Part shown: positions 34,956 to 49,630 of the stretch, one piece after another
Layout: every line of letters begins with the position of its first letter
Position numbering within the stretch: the first letter of the stretch is position 1
From: Prorocentrum cordatum
Taxonomy: Eukaryota
Direction: 5' to 3'
Length of the DNA stretch: 64,000 nt
Assembly (NCBI GenBank): GCA_963575745.1
Contig: CAUYUJ010000114.1
Coordinates: forward strand, 558,001-622,000
Notes under the pieces: generated by a model
What the model was told of the DNA's origin: nothing
Seen by the model: the letters and a program-made list of their open reading frames with translations, nothing else
The model's database searches: none
Program-made: the position numbers and the translations under genes

Positions 34956-36976
34956 GCCGCCCCCTGCCGCCATCATTAGCGCGGCTCCAATAGAAAGCAA
35001 CTGAAGGGTTCTCTGGCCGCGCCGTCGTCGGTCCACTTGCGGCAAAGGGGACTAACGGGTCGGGCGGCCGCGCCGTCGTCAGAATTCCTAACCCCTCATC
35101 TTCGCTGCAATATCCCCGCAGTTCCCCAGGTGGCGGTCGTCAGTTTTTGTGTGACCCTCTCTTAGTGGTGAGGGAGGTGTTCCCGTCAGTTTCGCGACCC
35201 CCCCTTCATTTTTTCCTGGTGGGTCCACGTCGTCGGTTCTGATGGTTCTTGGGTTTGATATTAATGATTCCCCCCTGCCGCCCTGCCGGCGGCGCTCCTG
35301 GGTTTTCTCGGTCGGGAGGGGCAAAAACAGACACAGACACGATTCGTCGTCGATCCCCAAGAAAATATGGGAACATATGGGGATTGGGCGGGAAGACAAA
35401 AGCACCGAAAGTGTGGGAAACTATGGGGAATCGTTTTATGTGTGTAGTTGTTTGTGTTTCCCAGGGACCCTTCACTCAGGGGGCGGTCGCCGGTTGCGAA
35501 ATCATCCAAGCAGTGGCAAGGCGCTTTGACTTGCCCACAGGCCCATCAGAGAATATTCTAAGAACTTTCTGTCGTTTGCACGAGATGGTCTTAGCACGTG
35601 TATGGCTGAGAACGTCTTGTTTGAATACGTCTGTTTTACAACGGTTTCTCAGAACACGGTTTGCGTTATTGCATGTTTGAGGTTCTTGGAAGAGTTCGTG
35701 GTAGGCCTATAGGAGTGTCAGGACGGTCGGTCTCGGGTATTGGCAAATAACACTTCCAGACAAGCGATTGAGGAAATCTTCACCGGTTCACTCGACATCG
35801 ACATTCGAGAGAATTGGTAGTGCAGTCCCCGGTCGGTTTCGCTAATCGTCGTGCGGCTCGCCGGACATGCACTCCTCATTGCTGGACGTCGCTTAGCTAC
35901 TCCGCTGGGGTCCACTCGGAATGCAGTGCCGTGCGCATATGGGGTGCCCCTGGCAGCTTTCAGGACAGGGCGTTTCGTTCAAGGGGTCGTTGGCAATCCT
36001 CGACATATACGCCCACGTCGGTTCTAGAACCTCCCTGGACAACAAGGTAATGCAGTTTGAATCGTCGAATTGCTGGTCTTCGTCGCCTTCGGTGTCTCGT
36101 CGTCTTTGGCCTGCCTCGGCGGGCCGTTTTCGGGGCCGGGGGCCGTCAGACACGCACTTGCAGTGCAACAGATTTTTCGGCACGACTTGGAAAGGTTGCA
36201 TTGTTTCTCCTGGGCAGTCCAGGTAACAAGACATCGAAACGCGCCCCCCTCGTTCCCGCCCCGCCACCGCACGGCCCCCCCGCGTTGCGACGATGTTCTG
36301 GCGCTTTTCGTCGGTTCTAGAGCAGAGCTGAGCCTAAACGGTGTTTTTCGTTTTCGCTTTGTTTTCGTCTTCCCTCGTTTTGTCTTCAATCTGCCTTTAA
36401 CGCGAAACGAAATCGAAACGAAAACGGCCCACGAAATCGCCCAAACACCGTTCAGGCCCACCCTTGTTCTGGAGCAGTTGTCTGCGCCAGGGGGGGGGAG
36501 TGAGAGGCGGAAGGCCTCCTCACTAAGCCCTCCTTCTGGGAGGCCTGTTTGTTGTCTTCGAGAACACCTCGACAGTTTCTGCGGATGCTGGCTGTTTTCT
36601 GAGCCTGCCGAGAGGGCCCGCCCCCTCCGGAGGAGGAGGAGGGGGAGGAGGGGGAGGGGGAGGAGGAGGAGGAGGAGGAGGAGGAGGAGGAGGAGGAGGA
36701 GGAGGAGGAGGAGGAGGAGGAGGAGGAGGAGGAGGAGGAGGGAGAGGAGGAGGAGGAGGAGGAGGAGGAGGAGGAGGAGGAGGAGGGAGGAGGAGGGAAG
36801 GAGGAGGAGGAGGAGGAGGAGGAGGAGGAGGAAGAGGACTGGAATTCGGAGAATTCGGCGACGACGATGTCGAGTTTCGCCTAAGCGAGCGCCACGTCGG
36901 GGCCCAGAAGCGCATGGGGCCCCTAGAGCGGCGCCGCCCGTGGAACCCAGGAATTCCGAAAACCTGAATGCGGGCG

Positions 36977-37528
36977 TCAGTGGGGTATGTCTTTACCCGT
37001 TGACAGGCGTGATATTACGTACTTCCCATTCTTAGTGAGGGTGCCGTACTGCTCGAAAAGTCCCTTGACACTACTTCTATCAGACACTTTGGCTCGACGG
37101 CCACACACCGTGCACCACCACAAGGAGGCATGCTCTGCATACTCCATTGTGTGAGAAGGGTTCACTGCTCGATTACCTATCTGGACAGTATGCTGAAAGA
37201 CCCTGCACCCACGGGCTCTACGGTCCTTGGGGGGCAGGGGTTTGCAAATATTAAGCCAACGCTTGATGGTCGGGAGTCCTGATTGTTTGCTAATTGCCTC
37301 GTTGCAGACCCTACATTGCCATCTACTACGGGAGGTGAGGAGGTGGTGAGGAGAGGTGGAGAGGGCCTGGCTCAGCTCACTATTCCTCTGAGTCCTAGCT
37401 CTCCTCGATGCTGGCCTCTCATGGATCTCCTGGGACGACGGGTCGCGAGCGACAGCATCAGCAAGGGCACGGATGACGCGTTTCCATACGAGCGAAGCCG
37501 TCGCTCGAGCCCATTCGTACATGCGCAT
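36977..37528 (-). mobile_element. Probable 3' fragment of a non-LTR retrotransposon (two H...CxxC modules)
   Basis: HHLLTSRSRWQCRVC and SHTME...WWCTVCG...GLFEQYG...RLSTGKDIP; base composition differs from flanks. Confidence 0.45.
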
Positions 37529-37678
37529 CTGCGCGGGCGGCAGCTCATGGAGCGCAGCGCCGCGCTCCGCGAGGGCGCAGGAGGAGGAGGAGGAGGAGGA
37601 GGAGGAGGAGGAGGAGGAGGAGGAGGAGGAGGAGGAGGAGGGTGAGGGGGAGGGGGGGGAGGTGGAGGAGGAGAGGAG

Positions 37679-37727
<49 letters not shown>

Positions 37728-38411
37728 CGCCTTCCCCTCTGGCTGCGCCGCCGAGGCCTGCCTTAGGAGGGCTCTCCAGCTGCGCCTCGGCGAGAGCGCG
37801 GGCGGTTTCTGGACGACCTGCCCGTCGTCCCTCGAGGGCGGCCTCGTCTTTGGAAGGTTTTCTGGCAGCTGCGCCTCGGCGAGAGTGCGGGCGGCTTCCG
37901 GACGACCTGCCCGTCGCTCTTCGTCTTAAGTCGGGCCTGTCCCTCTACAGGAGGAATATTCAAAAATAGGTAAAACAATATTCAGGGGACGACTTTTCGA
38001 GTATTCTGCCCATTTGGGGGGCATTTTCAGAATAATTTCTATTGCTCGCCCAACAGTGCCGTTTTTTTATACATGCTCCGCGTGCGGATCATGTATTAAA
38101 AACAACGATGAGCTCATGCATAAATTCATTCTAAAATTAGTCATGTATTGAAATCCTATATATAGATATATCTTTTAAATCCGATGTATGAAAAACTGCC
38201 CTGTAAATCCCCCTGTAGGGGGGCGCGCCCAATTTGATACTCGGGGGCGACCTCGCCTTCGGAAGGCTTGCCGGCAGCTGCGCTTCGGCGGGGGCGCCAG
38301 CGGTTCTCTAGCGGTGCCTGTCGGCTCGCGGAGGGCCGCCTCGCTGCGGAAGGCCTTCTGGCAGCCGCGCCTCGTCGAGAGCGCGCGAGGGGGTGCCCGA
38401 AGCATTCCTAG

Positions 38412-38602
38412 GGGAACAAAAAGTGACATAAACATAAAAATTCGGAGGTCCGCGCGGATTCCTCGGATCGGCGCTGGACCCCCCTCCCTGGCGCGCGGAG
38501 CGCGCCAGGGGCGGCGCCGGAGGCGCCGCCAGGGGGCCCCAGCGCCGATCCGAGAAATCCGCGCGGACCTCCGAGTTTTTATGTTTATGTCAATTTTTGT
38601 TC
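38412..38602. mobile_element. MITE family I with long TIRs (diverged copies near 3870, 7370, 14700, 17340, 50030, 55540)
   Basis: GGAACAAAAAGTGACATAAACATAAAAA..CGGAGGTCCGCGCGG and its reverse complement. Confidence 0.7.
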
Positions 38603-39146
38603 CATAATTCCGATGGGCCAGTGGCGGCCCGAATCGACTAGGCGCAAGAGTGGCCTTTCGCCGAAGTGACCCTTGGTGCGGGCCCAATGGGCCCCCCCGG
38701 TCGCCGAGCGCGGTCCGACGGCAGCGCGCGCTCGTGTTTCGCCTGCCCGCGCCCCGTCTGAAGCCGCGCACCACCGGCCAGTCTGAACCATGGCCAGTCA
38801 TTGCGTGCAGTCGACCGAAGTATCGGCGCGCGAAACGGTTTGCTTCGGAGAAGGACGGCGGCTTCTCAGGAGGCCCCGCGTGATCTCTGGGAGGCCTTCT
38901 TCAGCGGAGGAGGGAGAGGAGGAGGGAGAGGAGGAGGGAGAGGAGGAGGAGGAGGAGGAGGAGGAGGAGGAGGAGGAGGAGGAGGAGGAGGAGGAGGAGG
39001 AGGAGGAGGAGGAGGGGGGCGGCTTCGCAGAGGGGCCTTCTTCAGGGGCCGGCGGACACCCTTCTTGTCAGGATCAACGCTGCAGGGGGCGGCCAGGATC
39101 GGTGGCGGGGTGCATCTCGACCCCCAGCCGTTCGTGTGAAGGAGGA

Positions 39147-39600
<454 letters not shown>

Positions 39601-40433
39601 ACGACGAATCGTCGACTCCCCAGAACATATGGGAAACTATGGGAAGTGGACGGGGAGATGACTGCCCCGAACATATGGGAGCATATATGGGGGATTCTGG
39701 GCCTCCTCCTCCTCCTCCTCCTCCTCACTGGGCCTCCCCCTCCTCCTCCTCCCCCTCCTCCTCCTCCTCCTCCCCCTCCTCCTCCTCCTCCTCCTCCCTG
39801 GGATTCGTGTCTTTTTGTTTGTGTGTCCCTGGGCCTCTTGACAGCCCTCGCCACGGGAGGCCGACAGCCCGCCATCGGCGGCGCATCGCCGACTTCGGTT
39901 CGACCTCCCCCCCCCCTCCCCCAGGAGAGGAAAAAACACACAGACACAATTCATCCTCGATTCCCCAGAAAAGATGGGAGAATATGGGAAGTGGGGGGGA
40001 AGACAGAAACCCAGAACATATGAGAAACAATGGGGAATATCGCGAGCCCGTCCCCCCTGGTGCTTGGCATCGCTCGGACGTGTGCATTTTTCCTTCGGCG
40101 AGGACCCTCGAGGAGCCGCCCTGGATCCTTTGGCGAAGAAGCCACGCGCGAGCCCGAGGAAAACACAGAGAACGGACGTCCGAGCGATGGCCAGGGCGGC
40201 GGTCCCCCTCCTCAGAAGGCCCATGCCTTCGAGGGCCCCCTCTTGTCCTCTCCCAGGCCGCCGCCCAGCGCAACAGGCCTCCTTGCGAGCCCTCGCACCC
40301 CGCCCGCCCCCCCCCCCCCGCGCGGAACCTCCCCCCGCTCCGCGGAGGCGGGCCCCAGGCTCTTCGCGCCCTGCCTCGCGCCTCTCTCTCTCTCTCTCTC
40401 CTTCTTTGTATGCTCTTAGTTGCTGTTTTTGAG

Positions 40434-40468
<35 letters not shown>

Positions 40469-40901
40469 ATATATGTATATATGTAGATACATGTCCACAC
40501 ATGTACAGCAACACATATATATATATATATACACATACAGTTGTATATACACATGGTGAATGTTTGTGTGCTTGCTTGTTTGTTTGTGTGTTTGCTATTT
40601 GTGTGTTGTTTGTTTGCATCACTGTCTGTGTGTACATACCTCAATGTTCATACAAACATGAAAATACACATACACGCATACACATACATCACCACATATG
40701 TATGTATGTGTATCGATGTATGGGTGTCTTAGACAGTGCCTTATGGTCTGAGTTGTGTTTGTTCTCTCTCTCTCTCTCTTTCTATTTCTCTCTCTCTCTC
40801 ACTCTCTCCATCACGGCGTTCGCTGTATGAGACGACAGTTCCGCGTCTCCGCCGAGCGGGCGGGCCCTTCCGGCCCCAGATGGGCCAGACCCCTCGGCCA
40901 G

Positions 40902-40955
40902 GTGGTCAGCGCCGATACGGAGGCCCGCATGCTTGCGCTCGAGGCCAACGTGAAG
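40902..40955 (+). CDS. SMC4: SMC4 exon 9
   Basis: VVSADTEARMLALEANVK, 54 nt, CAG|G acceptor, GA donor. Confidence 0.65.
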
Positions 40956-42639
40956 GACCTGGCCCCCGCCGCCCCTACAGTCGGGGCGTTGACATAAGGA
41001 ACCCTATGTAAGGAACGCGGCCCCTTCTTTTTCTCTCCATAAATTGAACTTCGATCCCCCCTCGAAAGCCGAACGAAAGGGGTTCCTTCTTCAGCGCCCC
41101 GACTGCAGCCCCCAGACGTCCAATGTCAGCAGGGGAAAGCACACACAGACACAATTCACCGTCGATCTCCAAGAAAAATGGAAAACATGGGAAGTGGGGG
41201 GGAAGACGCAAACCCAGAAAACATTTGAAAATGCAGTGAATCCTGGGATCTGCGTGTATGTAGTTGTGTGCCCCTGGGCCCCTTGGCAGCGTCTTGGAAG
41301 AATCAGGGCGGAGGTTTGTTCGCCGGTTTCAACAGCCACAAAAGGGGGGACCTCGCCGGGCCCTGGCACCGCCGGGAAACGGCGCGGGGTGCAAGGCCGG
41401 CCCCGGGAAGGGGTCGGAGCTTCGGGGGCCCCGCGTGAATCGGTCACACATAAGAGTGACTTGCGTGGGCCCCGGAGACGGCAGGGCCTTTTTTTCACCG
41501 TTTCCAAAAAAATGTCCCTTGAAAATGGAAACGGCAAAAAAACGGCGACCGGAAACGGCCGAAAAAAAACAGCTCCAGGATTGGAACTGGAGCCGGAACC
41601 GGTCAAAAAACGGCGACGGAGCCGGTGAACAAACGGCGTCGGAACCGGCAAAAAAAGCGGCAAAACGGAACCGGTAAAAAAACGGCCCTGTCGTTTCCAG
41701 GGCCCACTAAGAGAGTGACCCTTCGCCGGAGTGACCTTTGGTGCGGGCCCAGTGGGGTCCCCCGATCGCCGAATGCGACGCGATGGTCTGCGACAGTGGC
41801 GTCTGCGCGCTCGTGTTTGGTCCCCGCCTCCCTAATTAAAGCTGTCCGTAGCCCGCCTAGCTTTTAGCGGAAGAGGTTCGCTCTCGCCCCGCAGATCAAA
41901 AAGTGTTTGGTCCCCGCGCGGCCCCCAGAAAGCCGCGCCCCAAAGGCCACTCTTACCCAGGGTCGCGCACTGCGCGCAGCCGAATGGAAGCCGAGCGCGG
42001 CGCCGGAGATGCCCCGGCCTGCCGGTCGAGCCGCGTCGTTCGAAGATCGATAGGGTTGAGTCGGGCTTTTCGACGAAAAATAAAAGATACCCCCAAAATA
42101 GTCAAAAAATAGTCCAAACATGTATTTGTTAGTATTTTTTCTCTTTTTGGAGTTTTTTTTGGGTATTTGTTATTTTTCGTCGAAAAACCCCCTGTAATTA
42201 GGGGGACAGGCCCGACATAACGATGGGGCCTGTCGGCGCCTCGTCGCTCGAGGATCGATATGGGCCCGTTGTCCGAGCCGCACCCTGGCCTCCGGGAGAG
42301 GCATCCCGTCGCCGCGGCGGGGCTCTTGCTCGGTGCTCCGGCCAGGTCGCCTCAAGCGGCTGGCCCTCCTCCTCCTCCTCCTCTCCTCCTTCCTCCTCCT
42401 CCTCCTCCTCCTCCTCCCCCTCCTCCTCCCCCTCCTCCCCCTCCTCCTCCTCCCCCTCCCCCTCCTGCCCCTCCTCCTCCCCCTCCTCCTTCCCCCCCCT
42501 CCTCTGGTCTCTGGTCTCTGCGACCGCGAGCCGCGGCCCCCCCCGCCAACCGAGCGCCGCCGCGCCCCGCGGCGGGGGCCCCCGCCGCCCCCCCGCGCCT
42601 GGCATGGGGTCGACGTTTGGCCCTCAAGAGCCCAGACTC

Positions 42640-42866
42640 CAGCGGTGGCGAAGCGTCCTGGCTCGCCTACAGCCCTACCAAACAATGTTCTAAGAGCCTT
42701 TTTCTGGTTCCCAGGAAATGTTCTTAGAACATTTCTGACGGAGTCTGTCTTGTTTTGCCACATCGGGCTTATGTTCTAAGAACATTGCTTTTGTTCTTAG
42801 AACATTTTTGGGTTGTAAAAACATGTCGTGGTAGGACTGTAGGAATGCCGGGACGGTCGGTCCCTG
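42640..42866 (+). repeat. Dispersed repeat family K (also ~35512, 49160, 54203)
   Basis: GTGGCGAAGCGTC...TGTTCTAAGAACA repeats...GGGACGGTCGG. Confidence 0.7.
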
Positions 42867-43967
42867 CTCAACCCAAGAGCCCAGACGTCTGGCGACTCGA
42901 CAGGCTTGTGAGGCAGCAGGCCAGTTATGCAAGGCCAGGGCCTGGCTGTTACCGCCCTTGTGCTCAGCCTGTTTCACCGTCGGTGGTGCCCCTCGCCGGT
43001 GCAGCTTGGCTCGGCCCGAAATCTGCAACGATGGTGTGCGGGCTGTGTTCTGGGGTAGACCTTGAGCAGGTGCCGACCGAAATTGGACAAGCACACATGT
43101 TCACGCGTTCCCTGAAGGGTTTGTCTTCACGAGTTGGGTCGATTCTGCTGCGCCCCCGCGGTTGTGACCGACTGCGGCCTCTGTTCCAGGGCAGAGGCCC
43201 GAGGCCGACCAGGTCTCGGCATGTCCTTTTCGGCAGCGCTGGAAGATCGGAAAGCTCTGGCAGGGTCCGCTCCGACTCGATCGATCGGATTCGGTATCGG
43301 TTCCAGTCCTTCCTGGTCCGCTGTGGTTCTGTGCGCCCGACGATGCGATGCGGTCCGACGCTTGCTTGGCGTTTTTGTGTATCCCACCGCGGCCGATCCG
43401 AGTCGACCCCGACCCCGTGCCGGATGCGGCCCGACACGACGCACGTTGCTAACCCGGAGAAGCAATCACCCCCCCCCCCTCTCCAGCGAAAGTATAACGC
43501 TCCAGCACCCTGGAAGCGTTACCCTGGCACCTCGCAACCTGCTTCGAACGCAGACAAGACTGCCCGCCGAAACAAGGACACCGCCTGAAACATTCTCGCA
43601 ATCTGGCCTCCGTGTGGTCCTGAAACAAGCGCCTCGCCTGAGACATCCTCAGAAACTGCTCTCAATCAGCGTTACCGTCGCAGCGGCAGCAGCACGAGTC
43701 AGGAGGGGAATAGGAATCCTACATATTCCCATTGGGATACCGCCCGAGCCAAGGCGCGGGAATTATTTATTTTCCTTTCTTTTGCGCTGTGCTGAAGATA
43801 TCGTTCCGCGAAAACCGCCCCCAGGAATTATTTCATTACGGTGCGGTGCTAACGATAACCCAGGGGGGGGGTCTTAACTGCTTACTGCGGTTATTTGATT
43901 GGTTGTCTCGATTCGACGTTGATTGGTCTTGCCTTTTCCTTCTCACGGAGCCCCCAGAAGTTCCAAC

Positions 43968-44111
43968 CAGGGGTGGATTTGAACGGTGTTTGGGCGATTT
44001 CGTGGGCCGCTTTCGTTTCGATCTCGTTTCGCGTCAGAGGCGGATTGAAGACAAAACGAGGGAAACCGAAAACAAAACGAAAACGAAAAACACCGTTTAG
44101 GTTCAGCCCTG
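43968..44111. mobile_element. MITE family C copy (hAT-like), 8-bp TSD GTTCCAAC; other copies at 36323-36466 (inverted) and 58583-58725
   Basis: CAGGG...CCCTG termini, perfect TSD, shared core acgaaaacgaaaaacaccgtttag. Confidence 0.8.
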
Positions 44112-44298
44112 GTTCCAACCACCTCCCCGGGGCCAACCGTCCTGAGTTGTTTGAAGGGGCCCTGGGACACACAAATAAATAGACAACTAATAAGATTCCC
44201 CATCTTTTCTCATATTTTCTGGGTTTGCCGATGCATCGGCGATGCTGCGCGATCCTCCGACCCCATCTCATCTAACCCCATCTAGGAGGCCTCTATGA

Positions 44299-44494
44299 TC
44301 GGGCCGGACGAAAGGAGGGGGATCCGGAAAGGGAGGGCTACGACATTTGCTGCATGCGGCTGGTTTCGGCCCCACCGAGGGGCCCATTCCTCGATGCATA
44401 GCCGCCTCCGGCGCCGGGAGGCGCCAGGAAAATCAGCTACGTGAGCTGATTCTCAAACCCCCCCTTTGCTATCACCCCCTTTCGCCCAGCCCGA
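44299..44494. mobile_element. MITE family A copy, TSD not intact
   Basis: Both TIRs and core present; flanks TATGA / CCTGA. Confidence 0.8.
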
Positions 44495-44773
44495 CCTGAG
44501 TAGATCTTGGCTGCTTTTAGCGCCTGTTTCGAGCAGGTGCAGCCCCCCCCCCCCACACAATGGACGCATTGTTGCAAAGAGTCGCACTAAGCAGAGGTCC
44601 GGAGCCAGACCCCCCCCTTCCGCCCAATGTCGAGAAACGCCGAATAAGAAAACGCCCACCTTTTCTTTGGGGTTATCAGAGCGTTGGATGCTTGAGCTTC
44701 CCTGATCCTGCAAGCACAGTGGCAGGCTTTCTGTCCAGATTGCTTGAGCAACGATATGCGATAAGGTGTTGGT

Positions 44774-44928
44774 TAAGTCGGGCCTGTTCCTCTACAGGAG
44801 GAATACTCAAAAATAGTGGGAAAAATCCAGGGGCGATTGTTGGACTATGTTTGACTATTCTTGAGTCTTTTGCGGCTATTTTGCATGTGTCGTCCCAGAT
44901 CCGCCTGTAGGAGGACATGCCCGACCTC
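44774..44928. mobile_element. MITE family F, TIR AAGTCGGGC(A/C)TGT, 8-bp TSD GTGTTGGT; relatives at 5404-5735, 33471-33617, 37928, 42216
   Basis: TIRs and TSDs visible in several copies. Confidence 0.75.
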
Positions 44929-45859
44929 GTGTTGGTGCCACATGTTCGGGTCGGACGTGCGCCTCCAACAGAGCTTACGTTTACCTGGGAGTTGCCGCCA
45001 CTGCCAGCTCCATCTGACCCCGCGCTCGGAACACCCGCAGTGGGCAAGCTCTGTGCGTGCCCGTGTTCGGCATCTCGTGTGCCTGCTCGCAGGGAGCACT
45101 CCGGCATCTCGCGTGCCTGCTCGCAGGGGGCATCTCGTGTGCCTGCTCGTGTGCCTGCTCGTGTGCCTGCCCGTGTTCGGCCTCTCGTGTGCGAGCTCGC
45201 AGGGAGCACTCCGGCACCGTCTCTCCTCCGACCTCCTGCCGGGTTCCAGTGGCCGCTTCTCCGGGCACCCGCCTTGGGCCGGTGCCTTGCCTCTTGCGGC
45301 TTCCATCCTATCCCTCCCCCCCTCTTCTTCCCCGCCCCCCTCGATGACGACGATGACGATGACGATGACGATGCTCGTTGAATGCTGAGCGCACCTTGCG
45401 CTCGTGACTACATGTTGTTCATTCCTAATTCTGCGAAAAAGTTCTTTGATTTTCTGGGGGGCCAAGGTCCTCTCTTTTCTGATTGTTCCAGCCTGGGCCT
45501 CTTCCTGGCCACTAGGGGGCCAGGAACAGTTGGAAACGAGCACAATTAGAAACGGGCACGATTAGAAATGAACGACGTGTAGGCCCCGGGGGGGAACGCA
45601 TGCCCAGTCGCCCATTCATCACCGAGAAGAGCCCGATAGCCCCACCACGCCCAGGAGCTTGGGATTCCGCCATCAGAGGCCGCCGACTCGAGCTCGATGT
45701 TCCCCCCTTGCCCTGGTCCCTACCTACCCTCCCCCGCTTAACGTTGCCCCTCATCACGACGGGCTGATCTATGACGATGTCTTGTTTCAGTCCCTGGAGC
45801 TTTTCTCCTCGATTAGGCGTGTCTCCTCTCCCCTCCCCCCTGGCGTGCCTGGTGCGTGC

Positions 45860-45931
<72 letters not shown>

Positions 45932-45943
45932 TTATCTATACAC

Positions 45944-45981
<38 letters not shown>

Positions 45982-48003
45982 GTGCCGTGCGCGGCCAGCA
46001 CGCGCAGGCCTCTCCGGGGAGAGCCCCCGCGGCCGCGCACCCCGGGGGGGGGGCACTCGAGTGCGGCCGAGGCCCCCCCGCGGTGCGCAGCCGGGCCGCT
46101 GCACTGCCTGCAGCAGGGGGGGACCAGGGTCAACGATACACATGGGTCATTTCTCATGATTCGAAAGTTCTTCGATTTTTGTCTTTGGGGGGGTGGGGGG
46201 GGGGCAAGATCCTGCCATGTCTATCCTGGGCCTATCCTCCGCCTCTTCCTCGCCTCTCACTCAGATTCCTGGGGTCCAAGATCCTCTCACTCCTGGCCTC
46301 TCACTCAACCTCCTATCTTGGGGGGCACAGGTCCTCTCACTCCTGATTGTTCTGTCCTGGGCCTCTTCCCGGCCACTAACTAGGGGGCACTCGTGCGGCC
46401 GAGGCCCCCCGCGTGTACAGCTGGGCCGCTGCACTGCCTCCACCAGGGGGAGGGGGGAGGGGGAGGGGGAGGGGGAGGGGGAGGGGAGGGGGAGGGGGAG
46501 GAGGAGGCGGAGGGGAGATCAGGGTCCACGGCAGTCGGAGGCGCGAGACACTTATCCATAGCCACGGGGTCGCGGCCGAGAGGCCGGCGGGGGGACGACG
46601 GCGGGGGACGACGGCGGGGACGACGGCCTCGGCGGGCGGGGCCGGCGGCGGGTGTTCCATGGCACAGTGCCCCGCTCGCCTCCCGCTCACGCCCAGGCCG
46701 GACGAAAGGGGGGGGATTGGGAAAGGGTGGGGCTACGAAACTTGCTGCATGCGTCCAAAGGGGTCAACGATAGTTACGTTGCATCTTCGGGGGGCTTCGC
46801 GTGTCCCCAAAACTTGTGTATCTTCTTGCGCCTCGTGCGGGCTCGATGCGGATTCGACGCGGACTTGGCGTGCATTCGACGCGGATTCGACACGGATTCG
46901 ACGAGTCCGACATGGATTCGACACGGATTCGATGCGGATAGGGGCGCGACGGGACAGACGAGGCGCCCCGAAGATGCAACATAACGATAGTTAGAGGGGG
47001 ACAGGCAGAGGGGATGCATCGACCCCCAATCGCCCATTGATCGCCGATATGGGGTCGATGGCCCTAATTAACCCGCCCTTGAGGGTGCGGACTCATCATC
47101 GGGGCTTTATCGCCGATCTCTCGGCGGTGTATCGCCGATGCCAGGTCGATGCATCCCTCCCTATGCCAGTCCCCCCCTAGCGTCGCCCCTCAAAAGACAT
47201 TGTGGCTCGGTGGTGATCGTGTTCTTATTTATTGTTTTACCGATCGGCGCGGGCCCTCGCCCCTCCCCCTCCCCCCCCCTGGAGTAGATCTTGGCTGTTT
47301 GTGGCGCCTGTCTCAGGCAGGTAGACAAACGTAGTCATATATAGATATGCATAACAATCAAAAGTTAGTCCCCAAACTATTGTTTTGACTATTTTTGAAA
47401 ACTCTTCCTGTAGGCGGACATGCCCGCGAAAACGCTACGGTGGGGGCGTTGGATGAGGAACCCTCCCGAACAGGCTCGCGTCCCGAAGAAATCAGGACGG
47501 GAAATTGTTGGTCCTTTTGGGCCTCCATGGGCTCTCGCCGGGCCCCGGGACCGTCAAATGACAACCCAGGATGGAACACCGGCACTCGTGAAGGGGCCCC
47601 GCATTGAAAGAACCGATGCGTCGGGATCTCTGGGGGGAAGGAACCAGGGTTTGGAAGCCGGGTAAACTCCAATGGAGCCTTGGCCCTGGATATCACCGCC
47701 GCCGTCATCAGATCAGGAATACTCCGTGGTCTGAAGAGCCTCCAGGGCACACTCCTGAAGGAACGCCACCACGTCAACGTTTTCTTATTCGGCGTTTCGA
47801 CATTGGGCGGAAAGGAGGGGGAGGAGGGGGGGGTCTGGCTTCGGACCTCTACCAAGTGCGACTGTTTGCAGCAGTCCGTCCTGTGGGGGAGGGGCCCCAT
47901 GCTTTGACTACGTTTGATCTGTCCTTCAAGCTCCGCCTGTAGGGGGACGTGCCCTCACCGGGTCGTGTCCTCCTGCGCCCCAGCGTGGACCGCGGTCGGC
48001 GAG

Positions 48004-48035
48004 GAGCTGAAGCCCAACCTGGCCTCCATCGAGGA
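48004..48035 (+). CDS. SMC4: SMC4 exon 10
   Basis: ELKPNLASIE(E) matches the SMC-family KPNL-x-x-I-E-E-Y/F motif; phase-2 GC donor. Confidence 0.75.
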
Positions 48036-49399
48036 GCACCGGCCTCGGCCGGCTCAGCCGCCGCGGCGGCCACCGAGACCGCCCGCACCAGGCCCTGGTC
48101 AGCCACGCGCCGAGAGGGGGCGGGGGGGAGGGGGGCTGGGGGGAGGGGGTTAGGGGGAGGGGAGGGGAGGAGGGGGGGGGAGGGAGGGTAGTGGGGGTGG
48201 GGGGAGGGGGGAAGGCTTCTCTCTGGAGAGCACCTCCTCGCAAGGTTCTAGGCCTCCTAGGTGGGGTCGGAGGGGACCCTGGTCAGCCACGCGCCGAGGG
48301 GGGGGCAGTCGAGCAGTGGCGAAGCGTCCTGGGTCGCCTAACCGCGAACCCACGATAATAATGTACCCCCCCCCTTAAGTCGTTAAAGTTTTTTATCGTC
48401 GACCAATAAGAGTTTGGTCGGGGGCGCGGGGGCGCGGAGGCCGAACTTCATTATCACGGGAAAAGTTCGCCATCGAGGTTACTTCCTTCTTATGTTGAGA
48501 TAACATCAAGCGAAGCGAACACGTTGTTTCAGGATGTCTCAAGCGAAACAAATGTCCTTCTGTCTATTTGTAGTTCTTTCTGTCTCTCTTTCTTTCTTTC
48601 TCTGTCTCTCTCTCTCTCTCTCTGTCTCTCTATCTCTTTCTCCTTCCTGGCCTCTCTGTCTCTCTCTCTTCTCTGTCTCTCTATCTCTTTCTCCTCCTCC
48701 TCCCCCTGGCGCCCTGAACTTGTTTATCGCTGGGGTTGATTATCCTGGGAAAACGAGGCACGTGAGCTACCCTACACGAGCAGATGAAAATTCGAATTTT
48801 CATCAAGCGTTTACAAATTAAGTCTAATAAGTTTTAAACTTTGGATTTTTGCTATCTCCTTCTCCTCTCCTCCTCTTGCTCTTTCTCCTCCTCCTCCCTC
48901 AAGGATGTCTCAAGCGGAATAAGCAATAGTTTGAAGATGTCTCAAGCGAAACAGACAAACATTTCGAGGATGTCTCAAGCGAAACAAGCATTTCGTTGAG
49001 GATGTCTCAACCGAGACAATCCTCAAGATATCTTTGGCTTTTTCCTCTTGATTTCTCTTTATGCTGGCTCTGGCGGGCAACTTTTATTATCTCCCCGAAA
49101 ACCCCGAACTTTACTATCCCTGGGGGTTTATTCTCGTGGGTTCAGGGTTATAGACTCACCGAAAGATGTTCAAATAACCTTGTGTGGTTTCCACGCAATG
49201 TTTTCAGAACAGTTCTGGCCGGGACTGTCTTGTTTTAACACATCGGGTTCATGTTACAAGAATATCGTTGTTGTTCTTAGAACACTGTTGGGTTCTAAGA
49301 ACATGTCGTGGCAGGCCTATAGGAATGCCGGGACGATCGGTCCTTGCTCAAGGCAGGGGGAGGGGGGCAGGCTTCTTGGGAGCACCTCCTCACAAGATT

Positions 49400-49630
49400 C
49401 TAGGCCTCCCAGATGGGGTCGGAGGAGATGGGGTCGGAGGATCGCGCCGCATCGCCGATGCATCGCCGATGCGGCTCGATGTGGGGCGCGATTTGCTTCA
49501 CGTCGACGTCGCCGATGCACCGCCGACGCCGACGATGCATCGCCGGTGCATCACCGATGCATCGCCGACGCATCGGCGATGCGGCGCGATCCTCCGACCC
49601 TATCTCCTCCGGCCCCATCTGGGAGGCCTC
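49400..49630. mobile_element. MITE family H (also ~16293-16520, 61999-62225, partial 44228)
   Basis: TIR AGGCCTCCCAGATGGGGTCGGAG; interior of ATCGCCGATGC repeats. Confidence 0.7.
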
